Below are positions 20,370 to 32,085 of a stretch of 64,000 bases of DNA, in pieces. The notes below the pieces were generated by a model that saw only the letters and a program-made list of their open reading frames with translations, made no database searches and had not been told where the DNA came from. The stretch is from Candidatus Limnocylindria bacterium (lineage in GTDB: Bacteria; Chloroflexota; Limnocylindria; P2-11E). Location of the stretch: assembly GCA_038211425.1 (NCBI GenBank), contig JBBQVQ010000004.1, forward strand, positions 6,591 through 70,590, in the 5' to 3' direction. The position numbers were made by a program, and so were the translations under genes. The first letter of the stretch is position 1; every line of letters starts with the position of its first letter.

Positions 20370-20771
20370 ATGGCCACCAGCCTCGGCGGATATCGCATCG
20401 GCGAGCTCGCGAGCAGGCTCGGCCTGACCGGGAGGACGATTCGCTACTACGAGGAGCTGGGGCTGCTCGAGTCGGTCAAGCGCCTCGAGGGCGGCATGCG
20501 GGTGTACACCGAGGACGACGTGCGGCGGCTGCGCTTCATCCGGAAGCTGAAGGTGCTCGGCCTTTCGCTCCAGGAGATGCTCGAGCTCGAGCGCCTGTAC
20601 CGGCGACACCGCTCGAACTCAAGCGTCCTGCCGCGGCTGGTCGAGCTGCTCGATGCGCACCTGGCCGCGACGGCGGCGCGGATGAAGGAGCTCGCGGCGC
20701 TGCGCGACGAGATCCGCTCGTACCGCGACCACGTCTCGCAGCGCCTCCTGGCTGAAGGAGCGGGCGGATGA
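20370..20771 (+). CDS. MerR-family transcriptional regulator
   Basis: YRIGELASRLGLTGRTIRYYEELGLL helix-turn-helix plus a coiled-coil C-terminus. Directly upstream of, and overlapping, the thiolase start (ATGA). Confidence 0.75.
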   Translation: MATSLGGYRIGELASRLGLTGRTIRYYEELGLLESVKRLEGGMRVYTEDDVRRLRFIRKLKVLGLSLQEMLELERLYRRHRSNSSVLPRLVELLDAHLAATAARMKELAALRDEIRSYRDHVSQRLLAEGAGG

Positions 20772-21943
20772 GCGAAGCCGTGATCCTCGGGGCGGCCCGT
20801 ACGCCGATCGGTGCCTTTCTCGGGGGGCTCGCCTCCGTTCCGGCGCCGAAGCTCGGCGCGATCGCGATCCGCTGCGCGCTCGAGCGAGCGGGTGTGGCTC
20901 CGGGGGAGGTCGACGAGGTCTACATGGGCAATGTGGTGGAGGCGGGCGTCGGTCAGGCACCCGCTCGCCAGGCCGCTCACGGTGCCGGGCTGCCGTGGTC
21001 GGTCCCCTGCACGACCGTCAACAAGGTGTGCGGCTCGGGCCTGAAGGCCGTGATGCTCGCGTCGTCGCAGATCCGGGCGGGAGAGGCGGGCGTCGTCGTC
21101 GCTGGCGGCATGGAGTCGATGTCGAACGCGCCGTACCTGATGCGCGGATTGCGCGCGGGGCTGGCGCTCGGCGAGCATCGCATCGAGGACGCCAACCTCA
21201 CGGACGGACTCGTCGACGCCTTCGGTCACGGCCACATGGGCCTCGGCGGGGAGGAGGCGGCGATGCGCTGCTCCCTCACCCGCGAGGACCAGGATCGCTT
21301 CGCTCTCGGGTCGTACGAGAAGGCGCTCCACGCCCAGGCGAGCGGCGCTTTCAACGAAGAGATCGTCGCCGTCGAGGTGCCGGGCCGGAAAGGCCAGGTG
21401 GCCGTCGTGCGCGCCGACGAGACGCCGCGCGCGACCTCGCTCGAGAAGCTCGCCGGGCTGAAGCCGGCGTTCAAGGAGGGCGGCACGGTGACGGCGGGCA
21501 ACGCCTCCAAGCTCAACGACGGCGGCGCGGCGGTCGTCGTCGCGGACGCCGCCCGCGCCGCCGGGCTCGGCGCGAAGACGCTCGCGCGCATCGTCGCGCA
21601 GGCCCAGCACGGCGTCGAGCCGAACCTGTTCCTGCTCGCCCCTTCGGGCGCGATCCGGCGGTGCCTCGAGCGCGCCGGCTGGTCGATCGGCGACGTCGAT
21701 CTCTTCGAAATCAACGAGGCGTTCTCGGGCGTAGAAGGGGTTCGCCGCGACCTCGGCATCCCGGAGGAGAAGTTCAACGTCAATGGCGGCGCCGTGGCCC
21801 TGGGGCACCCGATCGGGGCGTCCGGAACGCGGCTCCTGGTCACGCTGCTCTACGCGCTTGCGCGGCGCGACAAGCGCCGCGGCGTGGTCTCCCTGTGTCT
21901 CGGCGGAGGCGAGGCCGTGGCGCTCGCGGTCGAGGCGACGTGA
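20768..21943 (+). CDS. Acetyl-CoA C-acetyltransferase (thiolase II)
   Basis: ILGAARTPIGAF, catalytic-Cys region NKVCGSGLKAVMLA, and C-terminal GGGEAVALAVE thiolase signature. Confidence 0.85.
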   Translation: MSEAVILGAARTPIGAFLGGLASVPAPKLGAIAIRCALERAGVAPGEVDEVYMGNVVEAGVGQAPARQAAHGAGLPWSVPCTTVNKVCGSGLKAVMLASSQIRAGEAGVVVAGGMESMSNAPYLMRGLRAGLALGEHRIEDANLTDGLVDAFGHGHMGLGGEEAAMRCSLTREDQDRFALGSYEKALHAQASGAFNEEIVAVEVPGRKGQVAVVRADETPRATSLEKLAGLKPAFKEGGTVTAGNASKLNDGGAAVVVADAARAAGLGAKTLARIVAQAQHGVEPNLFLLAPSGAIRRCLERAGWSIGDVDLFEINEAFSGVEGVRRDLGIPEEKFNVNGGAVALGHPIGASGTRLLVTLLYALARRDKRRGVVSLCLGGGEAVALAVEAT

Positions 21944-22788
21944 GCGTCGGTGATGTCGGAGTGGTCGGGGCGGGCACGATGGGTGCGGGCATCGCGCAGG
22001 TCTGCGCCGCCGCGGGACACAAGGTGGTCCTCGTCGACGTCAGCGGCGAGCAGCTGAAGCGCGGGGAGAACACCATCGCGGCGTCCCTCGCGAAGCTCGA
22101 GGCGAAGGGGCGCCTGGCGCGACGCGCAGATGAGATCGCACGGGACATCCACACGTCGACGCAGGTGTCGGACCTCGGCGGTGTCGACGTCGTCATCGAG
22201 GCGGTGTTCGAAGACCCCGGGCTGAAGACGGGACTGTTCCGCGAGCTCGATCGCGCGTGCGCGCCGGGGGCGATCCTGGCCTCCAATACGTCGTCGATCC
22301 CGATCACGCAGCTCGCCGCAGCGACGGGGCGCCCGGACCAGGTCGTCGGGATGCACTTCATGAATCCGGTGCCCGTCATGGCACTGGTCGAGGTGATCCG
22401 TGGGCTGCGCACGTCCGAGGCGACCGTGACCGCGGTCCGCGCGCTGGCGGGCGACCTTGGCAAGACCGCGGTCGAATCGCGCGACGTCCCGGGCTTCATC
22501 GCCAACCGTGTCCTGATGCCGATGATCAACGAGGCCGCGTTCGCGCTGTACGAGGGCGTGGCGTCGGCGGAGGACATCGACACGGTCATGCGCCTCGGGA
22601 TGAACCATCCGATGGGGCCGCTCGCGCTCGCCGATCTCATCGGGCTCGACGTCTGCCTCGCGATCCTCGATCTTCTGCAGCGCGACCTCGGGGACGACAA
22701 GTACCGCCCCGCTCCGCCGCTGCGCCAATACGTGCACGCGGGTTGGCTCGGGCGCAAGACAGGGCGTGGGTTCCACCGCTATGACTGA
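21940..22788 (+). CDS. hbd: 3-hydroxybutyryl-CoA dehydrogenase
   Basis: VGVVGAGTMGAGIAQV Rossmann motif and 3HCDH C-domain (MGPLALADLIGLDV). GTG 21940 overlaps the thiolase stop (GTGA). Confidence 0.8.
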   Translation: MSVGDVGVVGAGTMGAGIAQVCAAAGHKVVLVDVSGEQLKRGENTIAASLAKLEAKGRLARRADEIARDIHTSTQVSDLGGVDVVIEAVFEDPGLKTGLFRELDRACAPGAILASNTSSIPITQLAAATGRPDQVVGMHFMNPVPVMALVEVIRGLRTSEATVTAVRALAGDLGKTAVESRDVPGFIANRVLMPMINEAAFALYEGVASAEDIDTVMRLGMNHPMGPLALADLIGLDVCLAILDLLQRDLGDDKYRPAPPLRQYVHAGWLGRKTGRGFHRYD

Positions 22789-22942
22789 GCGCATCTCGAT
22801 GGGCGCGCTATTCGTCTTCACCGGCCGCTGCCCCGAGGTCGCGCGCTTCCACGAGCTGTACGGGGACAAGCCGCGTCAGTACTTCTTCGCGCGCGACCCC
22901 GCGGGGCGGTCCATCGGGGTCGGCGAGGCGGCCGACCGATGA
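22781..22942 (+). CDS. Small ORF (53 aa) wedged between hbd and the acyl-CoA dehydrogenase gene; possible VOC/glyoxalase-like remnant
   Basis: ATG 22781 lies inside the hbd stop context (ATGACTGA). Its TGA overlaps the ACAD start (ATGA). Translation is MTERISMGALFVFTGRCPEVARFHELYGDKPRQYFFARDPAGRSIGVGEAADR. Not in the supplied track (under 60 aa). Confidence 0.25.
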   Translation: MTERISMGALFVFTGRCPEVARFHELYGDKPRQYFFARDPAGRSIGVGEAADR

Positions 22943-24114
22943 CCGCGACCGCACGGCCCTCGACCGGAGGCTTCGATTTGTCGCTCTCGGAGGAGCAGGA
23001 GCTCGTCCAGCGGACCGCGCGAGCGTTCGCGACGGAGAAGGTGCTGCCGCGGGCGGCGGACATCGACGAAAAGGGAGCGATCCCGGAGGAGCTGATCGCC
23101 GAGCTCGGCCAGCTGGGCCTCATGGGTATCTTCGTCGCCGAGAGATGGGGTGGGGCTGGACTCGACACCGTCTCGTACGTTCTCGCGATGGAGGAGGTCA
23201 ATCGCGCGTGCGCGTCCACGGGCGTGATCATGACCGTGAGCAATTCGCTCGTGTGCGGTCCTCTCCTGGACCGCGGGACGGACGCGCAGCGGGAGCGCTG
23301 GCTCCGGCCGGTCGCATCGGGCCGCAGCATCGGATGCTTCGCGCTGTCGGAGCCGGCATCGGGAAGCGACGCCGCGGCGATGCGCACGAGCGCGAAGCGC
23401 GACGCCGACGCGTGGGTGTTGAACGGGACGAAGAACTTCATCACCAACGGCGTGTCCGCCGACGTCGTGGTGGTGTTCGCGCAGACGGATCCGGCGAAGC
23501 GACACAAGGGGATCGCGGCGTTCGTCGTCGAGAAGCCGACGCCGGGACTCTCGGTCGGAAAGATAGAGCGCAAGCTGGGGATCCGCGGGAGCGACACCGC
23601 GCAGCTCGTCTTCGAGGACGTGCGCGTGCCCGATGACCAGGTCCTCGGCGCGATCGGCGACGGCTTCAGGATCGCGCTCGACACACTCGATGGAGGCCGC
23701 ATCGGGATCGCCGCGCAGGCCGTCGGCATCGCGCGTGCGTGCCTGGAGGACTCGCTCGCGTACGCGAAGCAGCGTGAGGCCTTCGGGAAGCCCATCGCGG
23801 AGTTCCAGGCGATCCAATGGAAGATCGCGGACATGGCCACCGAGATCGACGCCGCGCGCCTGCTGTGCTGGCGCGCTGCCGCGACAAAGGACGCTGGGGG
23901 CGACTACGCGGCCGAGGCGGCGATGGCCAAGCTCTTCGCGAGCGATATCGCGATGAAAGCCGCACGCGAGTGCGTGCAGATCTTCGGCGGATACGGCTAC
24001 CTAAAGGATTTCCCCGCGGAGCGCCACTACCGCGACGCGAAGATCACCGAGCTCTACGAGGGCACGAGCGAGATCATGAAGCTCGTCATAGCCGAGGACA
24101 TGCTCGGCGAATGA
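22939..24114 (+). CDS. Acyl-CoA dehydrogenase (short/branched-chain type)
   Basis: Full ACAD fold: [16 protein letters not shown], catalytic region YEGTSEI. Confidence 0.85.
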   Translation: MTATARPSTGGFDLSLSEEQELVQRTARAFATEKVLPRAADIDEKGAIPEELIAELGQLGLMGIFVAERWGGAGLDTVSYVLAMEEVNRACASTGVIMTVSNSLVCGPLLDRGTDAQRERWLRPVASGRSIGCFALSEPASGSDAAAMRTSAKRDADAWVLNGTKNFITNGVSADVVVVFAQTDPAKRHKGIAAFVVEKPTPGLSVGKIERKLGIRGSDTAQLVFEDVRVPDDQVLGAIGDGFRIALDTLDGGRIGIAAQAVGIARACLEDSLAYAKQREAFGKPIAEFQAIQWKIADMATEIDAARLLCWRAAATKDAGGDYAAEAAMAKLFASDIAMKAARECVQIFGGYGYLKDFPAERHYRDAKITELYEGTSEIMKLVIAEDMLGE

Positions 24115-24148
24115 GACCAGTGAGACTAGTGAGACCAGGGAGACCAGG

Positions 24149-26188
24149 GTGACGCCGCCGACGAGCGGCATCGGCGCGGCGCTGCTCCTGGTCCTCGCGC
24201 TCCTCGGCTTCGGCGCGTTCTCCTGGCGCTCGTGGCGCCTATACCGCTACCTGCGCCTGGGGCGCGACGAGGACCGGACCGATCACCCGCGCCGCCGCGT
24301 CCGCGACGAACTGGTCGTGTACCTGGGTCAACGGAAGCTCCTGAAGCGCCCCTACCTGGTCCGTGGGGTGGCGCACGCGCTCATCTTCTGGGGATTCCTC
24401 GTCATCACCTTCGGCACCGCGGACCTGCTGCTGAACGGCATCCTCGGCTTGCGCCTGCCGGGCACGGAGAGCGCGGTGTACGCCTGGACGATCGACCTCT
24501 TCGCGATCGCCGTACTGGCATCGATCGCGCTCGCGGCGATCCGGCGTCTCGCGCTTCGTCCTCCGTATATGCATATCGCGCTCGACGGCTACGTCATCCT
24601 GACCCTCATCGGGGTGCTGATGATCACGCTCCTCGTGTTCGAAGCCGCCGGAGTCGCCGCTGAGCTTCTCGCCCACGGGCAGTCACCCCCGCCGCTTGCG
24701 GGCCTCTTCGCCCCGCTCCTGCGCGGCTCGGCGGCGGGCGCGATCTTCGCCGGTGCGTGGTGGACGCACGTGGTGACCGTGCTCGCGTTCGCCGCATACT
24801 TGCCGCGGTCGAAGCATCTCCATATCGTCACGACCCTGCCGAACGTGTTCTTCCGTTCCCAGCGTCCTCGCGGCGCGCTCGAACTCATCAACGGCATCGA
24901 GGACAGGGAGACTTTCGGCGCCGCGACGCTCCGCGACTTCTCGTGGAAGCAGCATCTCGATGGATACACCTGCACCGAGTGCGGACGCTGCTCCGACAGC
25001 TGTCCAGCGCTCGCCACCGGCAAGCCCCTCGACCCGCAGCGGATCGTGCTCGACGTCCGCGATCTTCTCTTGCGCGAGGGCGACCCGCTCCTGAGAGACC
25101 CGAAGGCTGCGGGGACCGCGCCGGCCCACCAGACGGCGAGCAAATCCGACGAGCTCTGGGCGTGCACGACGTGCGCGGCATGCGTCGAGGCATGCCCGGT
25201 GACGATCGAGCACATCGACAAGATCGTCGACATGCGGCGCCATCTCGCGATGATGGAATCCGCCGCCCCGCCGGAGGCGCAGCGCGCGATGCAGAACATC
25301 GAGCGCGCCGGCAACCCGTGGGGCGAAGCGGCCGACGCGCGCGGCGACTGGGCGAAGGACGACGCGGTGCCGACGTTCGCGCAGAAGCCCGACGCCGAGT
25401 ACCTGTACTTCGTCGGCTGCGCGGCCTCCTACGACCGCCGCAACCAGCGCGTCGCCAAAGCGCTCGCGGCGATCCTGCGCGCCGCCGGCGTGTCGTTCGC
25501 GATCCTCGGGCGGGAGGAGACATGCAACGGCGATCCCGCGCGGCGGATCGGCAACGAGTACCTGTGGCAGCTCCAGGCGCAGCAGAACATCGAGACGTTC
25601 CGCGCGCACGGCGTGCGTAAGATCATCGCGAGCTGCCCCCACTGCTTCAACACGATCGCGAACGAGTATCCGCAGCTCGGTGGCGAGTTCGAGGTGGTGC
25701 ACGCCCTTCCGCTCGTCAAACGGCTCATCGACGACGGCAGGATCGCGCTCGAGGGGGCGGACGCCCCGGTCACACGAGCCGCCTACCACGACCCCTGCTA
25801 TCTAGGGCGACACAATGGCGTGTACGACGACCCGCGCGCCGTCCTCGACGCGGTCCCCGGCGTGGAGCGCGTGGAGATCGAGCCGCACCACCGCGAGCGG
25901 GGATTCTGTTGCGGTGCGGGCGGCGGGCGCATGTGGATGGAGGAGAAGATCGGCCAGCGCATGAACCATCGGCGGGTCGAGCAGATCCTTGCGTCCGGCG
26001 GAGCGGGCGGAAGGCCGGACACCGTCGCCTCGGGTTGTCCGTACTGTTTGATCATGCTCGACGAGGGTGTTGGCGCGAAGGGCGTCCAAAACGAGGTCAA
26101 GCCGGTGGACGTGCTCGAGCTCGTCGCCGCGCGGCTCCGGACGGATGCGGCCGATGGCGGAGAGGGGAGCCCGGCGTGGAGGTCCTGA
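24149..26188 (+). CDS. Membrane-bound Fe-S oxidoreductase, EtfD-like (N-terminal TM domain, two 4Fe-4S ferredoxin motifs, two CCG cysteine-rich domains)
   Basis: CTECGRCSDSCPA and CTTCAACVEACPV; CCG-type FCCGAGGG. The architecture matches M. tuberculosis Rv0338c/EtfD. It sits immediately upstream of etfBA. Confidence 0.7.
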   Translation: MTPPTSGIGAALLLVLALLGFGAFSWRSWRLYRYLRLGRDEDRTDHPRRRVRDELVVYLGQRKLLKRPYLVRGVAHALIFWGFLVITFGTADLLLNGILGLRLPGTESAVYAWTIDLFAIAVLASIALAAIRRLALRPPYMHIALDGYVILTLIGVLMITLLVFEAAGVAAELLAHGQSPPPLAGLFAPLLRGSAAGAIFAGAWWTHVVTVLAFAAYLPRSKHLHIVTTLPNVFFRSQRPRGALELINGIEDRETFGAATLRDFSWKQHLDGYTCTECGRCSDSCPALATGKPLDPQRIVLDVRDLLLREGDPLLRDPKAAGTAPAHQTASKSDELWACTTCAACVEACPVTIEHIDKIVDMRRHLAMMESAAPPEAQRAMQNIERAGNPWGEAADARGDWAKDDAVPTFAQKPDAEYLYFVGCAASYDRRNQRVAKALAAILRAAGVSFAILGREETCNGDPARRIGNEYLWQLQAQQNIETFRAHGVRKIIASCPHCFNTIANEYPQLGGEFEVVHALPLVKRLIDDGRIALEGADAPVTRAAYHDPCYLGRHNGVYDDPRAVLDAVPGVERVEIEPHHRERGFCCGAGGGRMWMEEKIGQRMNHRRVEQILASGGAGGRPDTVASGCPYCLIMLDEGVGAKGVQNEVKPVDVLELVAARLRTDAADGGEGSPAWRS

Positions 26189-26310
26189 ATGCGTTCCAGT
26201 TCGACGGGCGTGCGGTGTGGTTCGTCGTCGCATCGCTCGTCGCCCTGCTCGTCGCCGGAGGCGCCGTCGCGTTCGGGCTGTGGTACTCCGGCGACCAGGA
26301 CCAGGTGTGA
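26176..26310 (+). CDS. Candidate 44-aa single-TM small protein between etfD-like gene and etfB
   Basis: GTG 26176 is 13 nt before the EtfD stop. Its TGA overlaps the etfB GTG (GTGTGA). Translation is VEVLNAFQFDGRAVWFVVASLVALLVAGGAVAFGLWYSGDQDQV. Could be chance in high GC. Confidence 0.2.
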   Translation: MEVLNAFQFDGRAVWFVVASLVALLVAGGAVAFGLWYSGDQDQV

Positions 26311-27083
26311 AGCTCCTCGTCTGCCTGAAGCAGGTGCCCGATTCGACGGTTCGCGTGAAGGTCGGCGCAGATGGCCGCTCCATCGCGACCGATGGGATCG
26401 CCTGGGCGATCTCTCCGTACGACGAGTACGCGCTCGAGCTGGCGCTGGAGCACAAGGACGGCGATCCCAGCGTAACCGTGAGCGCCGTGTCGGTCGGTCC
26501 GGCGCGCGCGCGCGATGCGCTCCGCGCCGCCCTCGCCATGGGCTGCGACGACGCGACGTTCGTGACCGGCGCCGGGGCGGAGGGCCTCGGCGGACTCGCG
26601 ACGGCGCGGGTGCTGGCGAAGGTCGTCGCCGAGGCCGCTCCGGACGTCGTCCTGTGCGGGCGCCAGGCGTCCGACGACGACCAGGGATTCGTCGGCCCGG
26701 CCCTCGCCGAGGTCCTCGGCTGGCCGCACGTCAGCACCGCGACCAAGCTCGCGGTCGCCGGCGACGCGCTCGAGGTCTGGAAGGAGGTCGAGGGCGGGCA
26801 CGAGGTGTGGACCGCACCGCGTCCGGTCGTCCTCACCGTGCAGAAGAGCGAGAAGGAGCCGCGCTATCCGTCGCTACCCGGGATCATGAAGGCCAAGCGC
26901 AAGGAGATCCCGGAGAAGGACGCGGCGACGCTCGCCGCCGACCTCAGCTCTCCGGCGATGGAGGTCAGCAGTCTCGAGCCGCCCGCCGCGCGCGGGGGCG
27001 GCAAGATCCTGAGGGACGGCGACACGGCGGCGCTCGCCGAGGAGCTCGTCGGGCTGCTCCGGCGCGAGGCGAAGGTCCTCTGA
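26307..27083 (+). CDS. etfB: Electron transfer flavoprotein beta subunit
   Basis: VKLLVCLKQVPDS... EtfB signature throughout. Confidence 0.85.
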   Translation: MKLLVCLKQVPDSTVRVKVGADGRSIATDGIAWAISPYDEYALELALEHKDGDPSVTVSAVSVGPARARDALRAALAMGCDDATFVTGAGAEGLGGLATARVLAKVVAEAAPDVVLCGRQASDDDQGFVGPALAEVLGWPHVSTATKLAVAGDALEVWKEVEGGHEVWTAPRPVVLTVQKSEKEPRYPSLPGIMKAKRKEIPEKDAATLAADLSSPAMEVSSLEPPAARGGGKILRDGDTAALAEELVGLLRREAKVL

Positions 27084-27085
27084 CC

Positions 27086-27973
27086 GTGAAGATCTGGATC
27101 ATCGTCGAGCGCAGCGGCCCGGAGCTGCGCCGCGTCTCGCGCGAACTCGCCGCGAAGGCCGCCGAGATGGGCGAGGCCACCGCGCTCGAGGTGACCGGGC
27201 TCGAGCGCTACTCGGCGCTCCCCGCTGTCGCGGCGCTCACCGAGAAGGCGAAGTCCGGCGCGCCCGACCTCGTGCTGGTCGGCGCCACGCCGATGGGCCG
27301 TGACCTCGGTGCGCGCCTGGCAGCCCGCCTCGAATGGGCGTACGCCGCCGACTGCACCGGCGTGGCGCCCGAAGCCGGCGCGGTCGTCGTGACGAGAGGG
27401 ATGTACGCGGACAAGGTGCGAGCCGAGGTCCGCGTCGGCCTGCCCGCCGTCGTGACCGTCCGCGCGAACGCCTTTGCGCTGGCCGAAGGGGCCCAGCCAC
27501 CGGAGGTGGCGCCAGTGCCCGCCGATCCGAGCGTCGACACGCTCGCCTTCGCGCGCTTCGAGCCGACCGCGTCGACGGGTGCGAAGGTCCCGCTCGCCGA
27601 GGCGCGGGTCGTCGTGTCGGGCGGGCGCGGCCTGCGCGGGCCTGAGAACTGGCACCTCGTGGAGGAGTTGGCCGACTCCCTCGGCGCTGGGCTCGGAGCG
27701 TCGCGCGCCGTGACCGATGCGGGGTGGCGACCCAACGAGGAGCAGGTGGGCCAGACGGGAAAGAGCGTCGCCCCCGACCTCTACATCGCGGTGGGGATCT
27801 CCGGCGCGATCCAGCATCTCGCCGGCATGACCTCGAGCAGGACGATCGTCGCGATCAACCGCGACCCGGATGCGGACATCTTCAAGGTGTGCGACTACGG
27901 CGTTGTCGCCGATGCGCTGCAGTTCATACCCGCGTTCACCGCGGCCGTGAAGAAGGCGAAGGCGAGCGCGTGA
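27086..27973 (+). CDS. etfA: Electron transfer flavoprotein alpha subunit
   Basis: FAD-binding C-terminal region PDLYIAVGISGAIQHLAGM..IVAINRDPDADIF. Confidence 0.85.
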   Translation: MKIWIIVERSGPELRRVSRELAAKAAEMGEATALEVTGLERYSALPAVAALTEKAKSGAPDLVLVGATPMGRDLGARLAARLEWAYAADCTGVAPEAGAVVVTRGMYADKVRAEVRVGLPAVVTVRANAFALAEGAQPPEVAPVPADPSVDTLAFARFEPTASTGAKVPLAEARVVVSGGRGLRGPENWHLVEELADSLGAGLGASRAVTDAGWRPNEEQVGQTGKSVAPDLYIAVGISGAIQHLAGMTSSRTIVAINRDPDADIFKVCDYGVVADALQFIPAFTAAVKKAKASA

Positions 27974-27980
27974 GCCGGAC

Positions 27981-29137
27981 GTGCCGTTGATCCCCGTCGC
28001 TGGCGAGGTCGAGCGCTCGCTCGCCGATGCGGTCGGGCGCTTCGCGCGCCGCCTTGCGCCGCGCGTTCCGGAGGCCGAGTCCGCGGGGACCCTGCCTCCC
28101 GCCGTCGTCGCCGAGCTTGGACGAATGGGCGTCCTCGGGATGACGATCCCCGATGCGGACGGCGGGCTCGGCGCCTCGTACGTGTCATTCGCGCTGGTGC
28201 TCGAGGAGCTCGCCGCGGCCTGGCCCTCGCTCGCCGTCGGCGTGTCGGTCAACAGTGGGATCGTCGCGGGGTCGGTGGTGCGACACGGCACGCCCGAGCA
28301 GAAGCGGCGATGGCTGCCGCGGCTGATGGATGGGTCAGGCCTCGGCGCCTTCGCTCTCACCGAGCCCGCCGCCGGTTCCGACGCTGCGGCGCTGCGGACG
28401 ACCGCGCGGAAGACGGACGTGGGGTGGTCGCTCTCGGGGCAGAAGATGTTCGTGACCAGCGCCCGCTACGCGCCCTTCGCGATCGCGTTCGCCCGCGTCG
28501 GCGAAGCCCGCGACGGGCGGCCCCACGAGGGGATCACCGCCTTCATCGTGCCGCTCGACGCTTCGGGCGTGACCGTCGGTCCCGCCGAGCGCAAGATGGG
28601 CCTCCTCGCCTCCGACACCAGCGGCATCGCGTTCGCCGACGTCGCGCTCGGGGCCGATGCCGTCCTCGGGAAGATCGGCGAAGGCTTCGGGCCGATCGCG
28701 CTCGCGGGGCTCGACGCGGGCCGCATCGGCATCGCCGCGCAGGCCGTCGGCATCGCACGGGGCGCGCTGGACCGCGCGCGCGCGTACGCCGCGCAGCGCG
28801 TGCAATTCGGGCGGCCGATCGCCGAGCTTGCCGCGATCCGCTTCGTTCTCGCGCGGATGCGCACGGACGTCGACGCGGCGCGCCTGCTGACGCTCCGTGC
28901 CGCGTGGCTGCGCGACCGTGGTCGCCCGTTCACGCGCGAGGCCGCCGAAGCCAAGCTGTTCGCCAGCGAGGCCGCGAACCGCGTCGCCTACGAGGCACTC
29001 CAGGTGTTCGGGGGATACGGCTACATGCGCGACTACGAGATCGAGCGTTACGCGAGGGACGCGCGCGCCACCACGCTGTATGAGGGCACGAGCGAGGTGC
29101 AGCGCATGGTCATCGCGCGCCAGTTGCTGTCGGCGGC

Positions 29138-29141
<4 letters not shown>
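27981..29141 (+). CDS. Acyl-CoA dehydrogenase
   Basis: ACAD fold: [22 protein letters not shown]. Confidence 0.8.
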
Positions 29142-30803
<1,662 letters not shown>

Positions 30804-30832
<29 letters not shown>

Positions 30833-31283
30833 CCAGCCGCGGGGCCGGGACGAGCTCCTAGCCCGTGTCGACGATGGCTGGCGGCGCTTCCGCGAGGCTG
30901 TCCGCGGCATCGGCCGCGCCGGAATGGGCGAGGCGACGGCTGTCGGCTGGACCAGCAAGGACCTCGTCGCGCACTGCGCCGCATGGGAGGAGCTCACGTC
31001 GCGGCGCCTGCGGACGTTCCGCGAGAGCGGCGGCCGGGATCTTCCTCCTCCGGGCGTCGACGTCGATTCGTTCAACGCGAAGGTCGTCGAGACCCACAGG
31101 CTCGCGGGACCGGAGGCGGTGCTCGACGAGCTCGATACCGCCCACCGCCTGATGCGCCATGAGATCGCGCAGCTCACCGACGAGCAGGTGGTCGCGAACG
31201 ACAGCTGGGTGATCGCCGTGGTCGGGGGGAATTCGTACGGCCACTACCTCGAGCACGCCGCCGAGATCGGGATGGGCGGTTGA
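30804..31283 (+). CDS. ClbS/DfsB-family (DUF1706) four-helix-bundle protein
   Basis: [16 protein letters not shown]...[13 protein letters not shown] strong RBS GAAGGAGG lies 5 nt before GTG 30804. Overlaps the mutase 3' end by 29 nt. Confidence 0.5.
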
Positions 31284-31699
31284 AAAGGCCGATCCGTGTC
31301 GTGGTCGCGAAGGCGGGCCTCGATGGCCACGACCGCGGGGCGAAGGTGGTGGCGCGGGCTCTGCGCGACGCGGGGATGGAGGTGATCTACACGGGGGTGC
31401 ATCAGACGCCCGAGCAGGTCGTCGAGACGGCGTTGCAGGAGGACGCCGACGCGATCGGCGTGTCGCTCCTCTCGGGCGCGCACAACTACATCTTTCCGCG
31501 CATCCATGACCTCATGCGCGAAAAGGGGATGGACGACGTGTTGCTCTTCGGTGGCGGGATCATCCCCCAGGCGGACATCGAAACGCTCAAGCAGCATGGG
31601 GTCGAGCGCATCTTCCAGCCGGGCGCGCCGCTCGACGGGATCGTGAAATACCTGGTCGAAACGGTGCCGCGCAAGCGCGGCGCCACAGTGGGAGGCTAG
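31280..31699 (+). CDS. Methylmalonyl-CoA mutase family B12-binding small subunit
   Basis: [33 protein letters not shown] (DxHxxG B12-binding motif). TTG 31280 overlaps the upstream stop (TTGA). Confidence 0.8.
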   Translation: MKRPIRVVVAKAGLDGHDRGAKVVARALRDAGMEVIYTGVHQTPEQVVETALQEDADAIGVSLLSGAHNYIFPRIHDLMREKGMDDVLLFGGGIIPQADIETLKQHGVERIFQPGAPLDGIVKYLVETVPRKRGATVGG

Positions 31700-31701
31700 A
31701 G

Positions 31702-32085
31702 ATGGCGAAGAAGGACGACCGACCGCTCGACGTTGGGCTGGCGGCACTGAAGGGCAAGGACGAGGCGACGGCGACGGAATGGTGGAAGGAGCGCTTCGCG
31801 CTCATCGCGGCGATACCCTCGGACACCGCGCGCGTCGGCGCGCTCACTCCGCAACTGCGCGAGCTGTCGCGTCTCACCGCCGACGAGCGCCGGAGGCTCA
31901 CCAAGGCGCGCATCGCGGCGTTCGGCACGCTGCCGGAGGACCAGCAGGCGAAGATCATGACGGCCCGGAAGGCGGCCTACGAGGTCGACCGCGCGCTCCT
32001 CGAGAGCGACGACACCTTGGTGCAGGAGCTGCGCGCGGGCGTGCCGGGCGGCGACTCCTATCCGAGCGGAACGCCCTCGCGATAG
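31702..32085 (+). CDS. Hypothetical protein (127 aa)
   Basis: A GGGAGG RBS lies 8 nt before ATG 31702. Its stop overlaps the next start (TAGTG). No recognisable family. Confidence 0.4.
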   Translation: MAKKDDRPLDVGLAALKGKDEATATEWWKERFALIAAIPSDTARVGALTPQLRELSRLTADERRRLTKARIAAFGTLPEDQQAKIMTARKAAYEVDRALLESDDTLVQELRAGVPGGDSYPSGTPSR

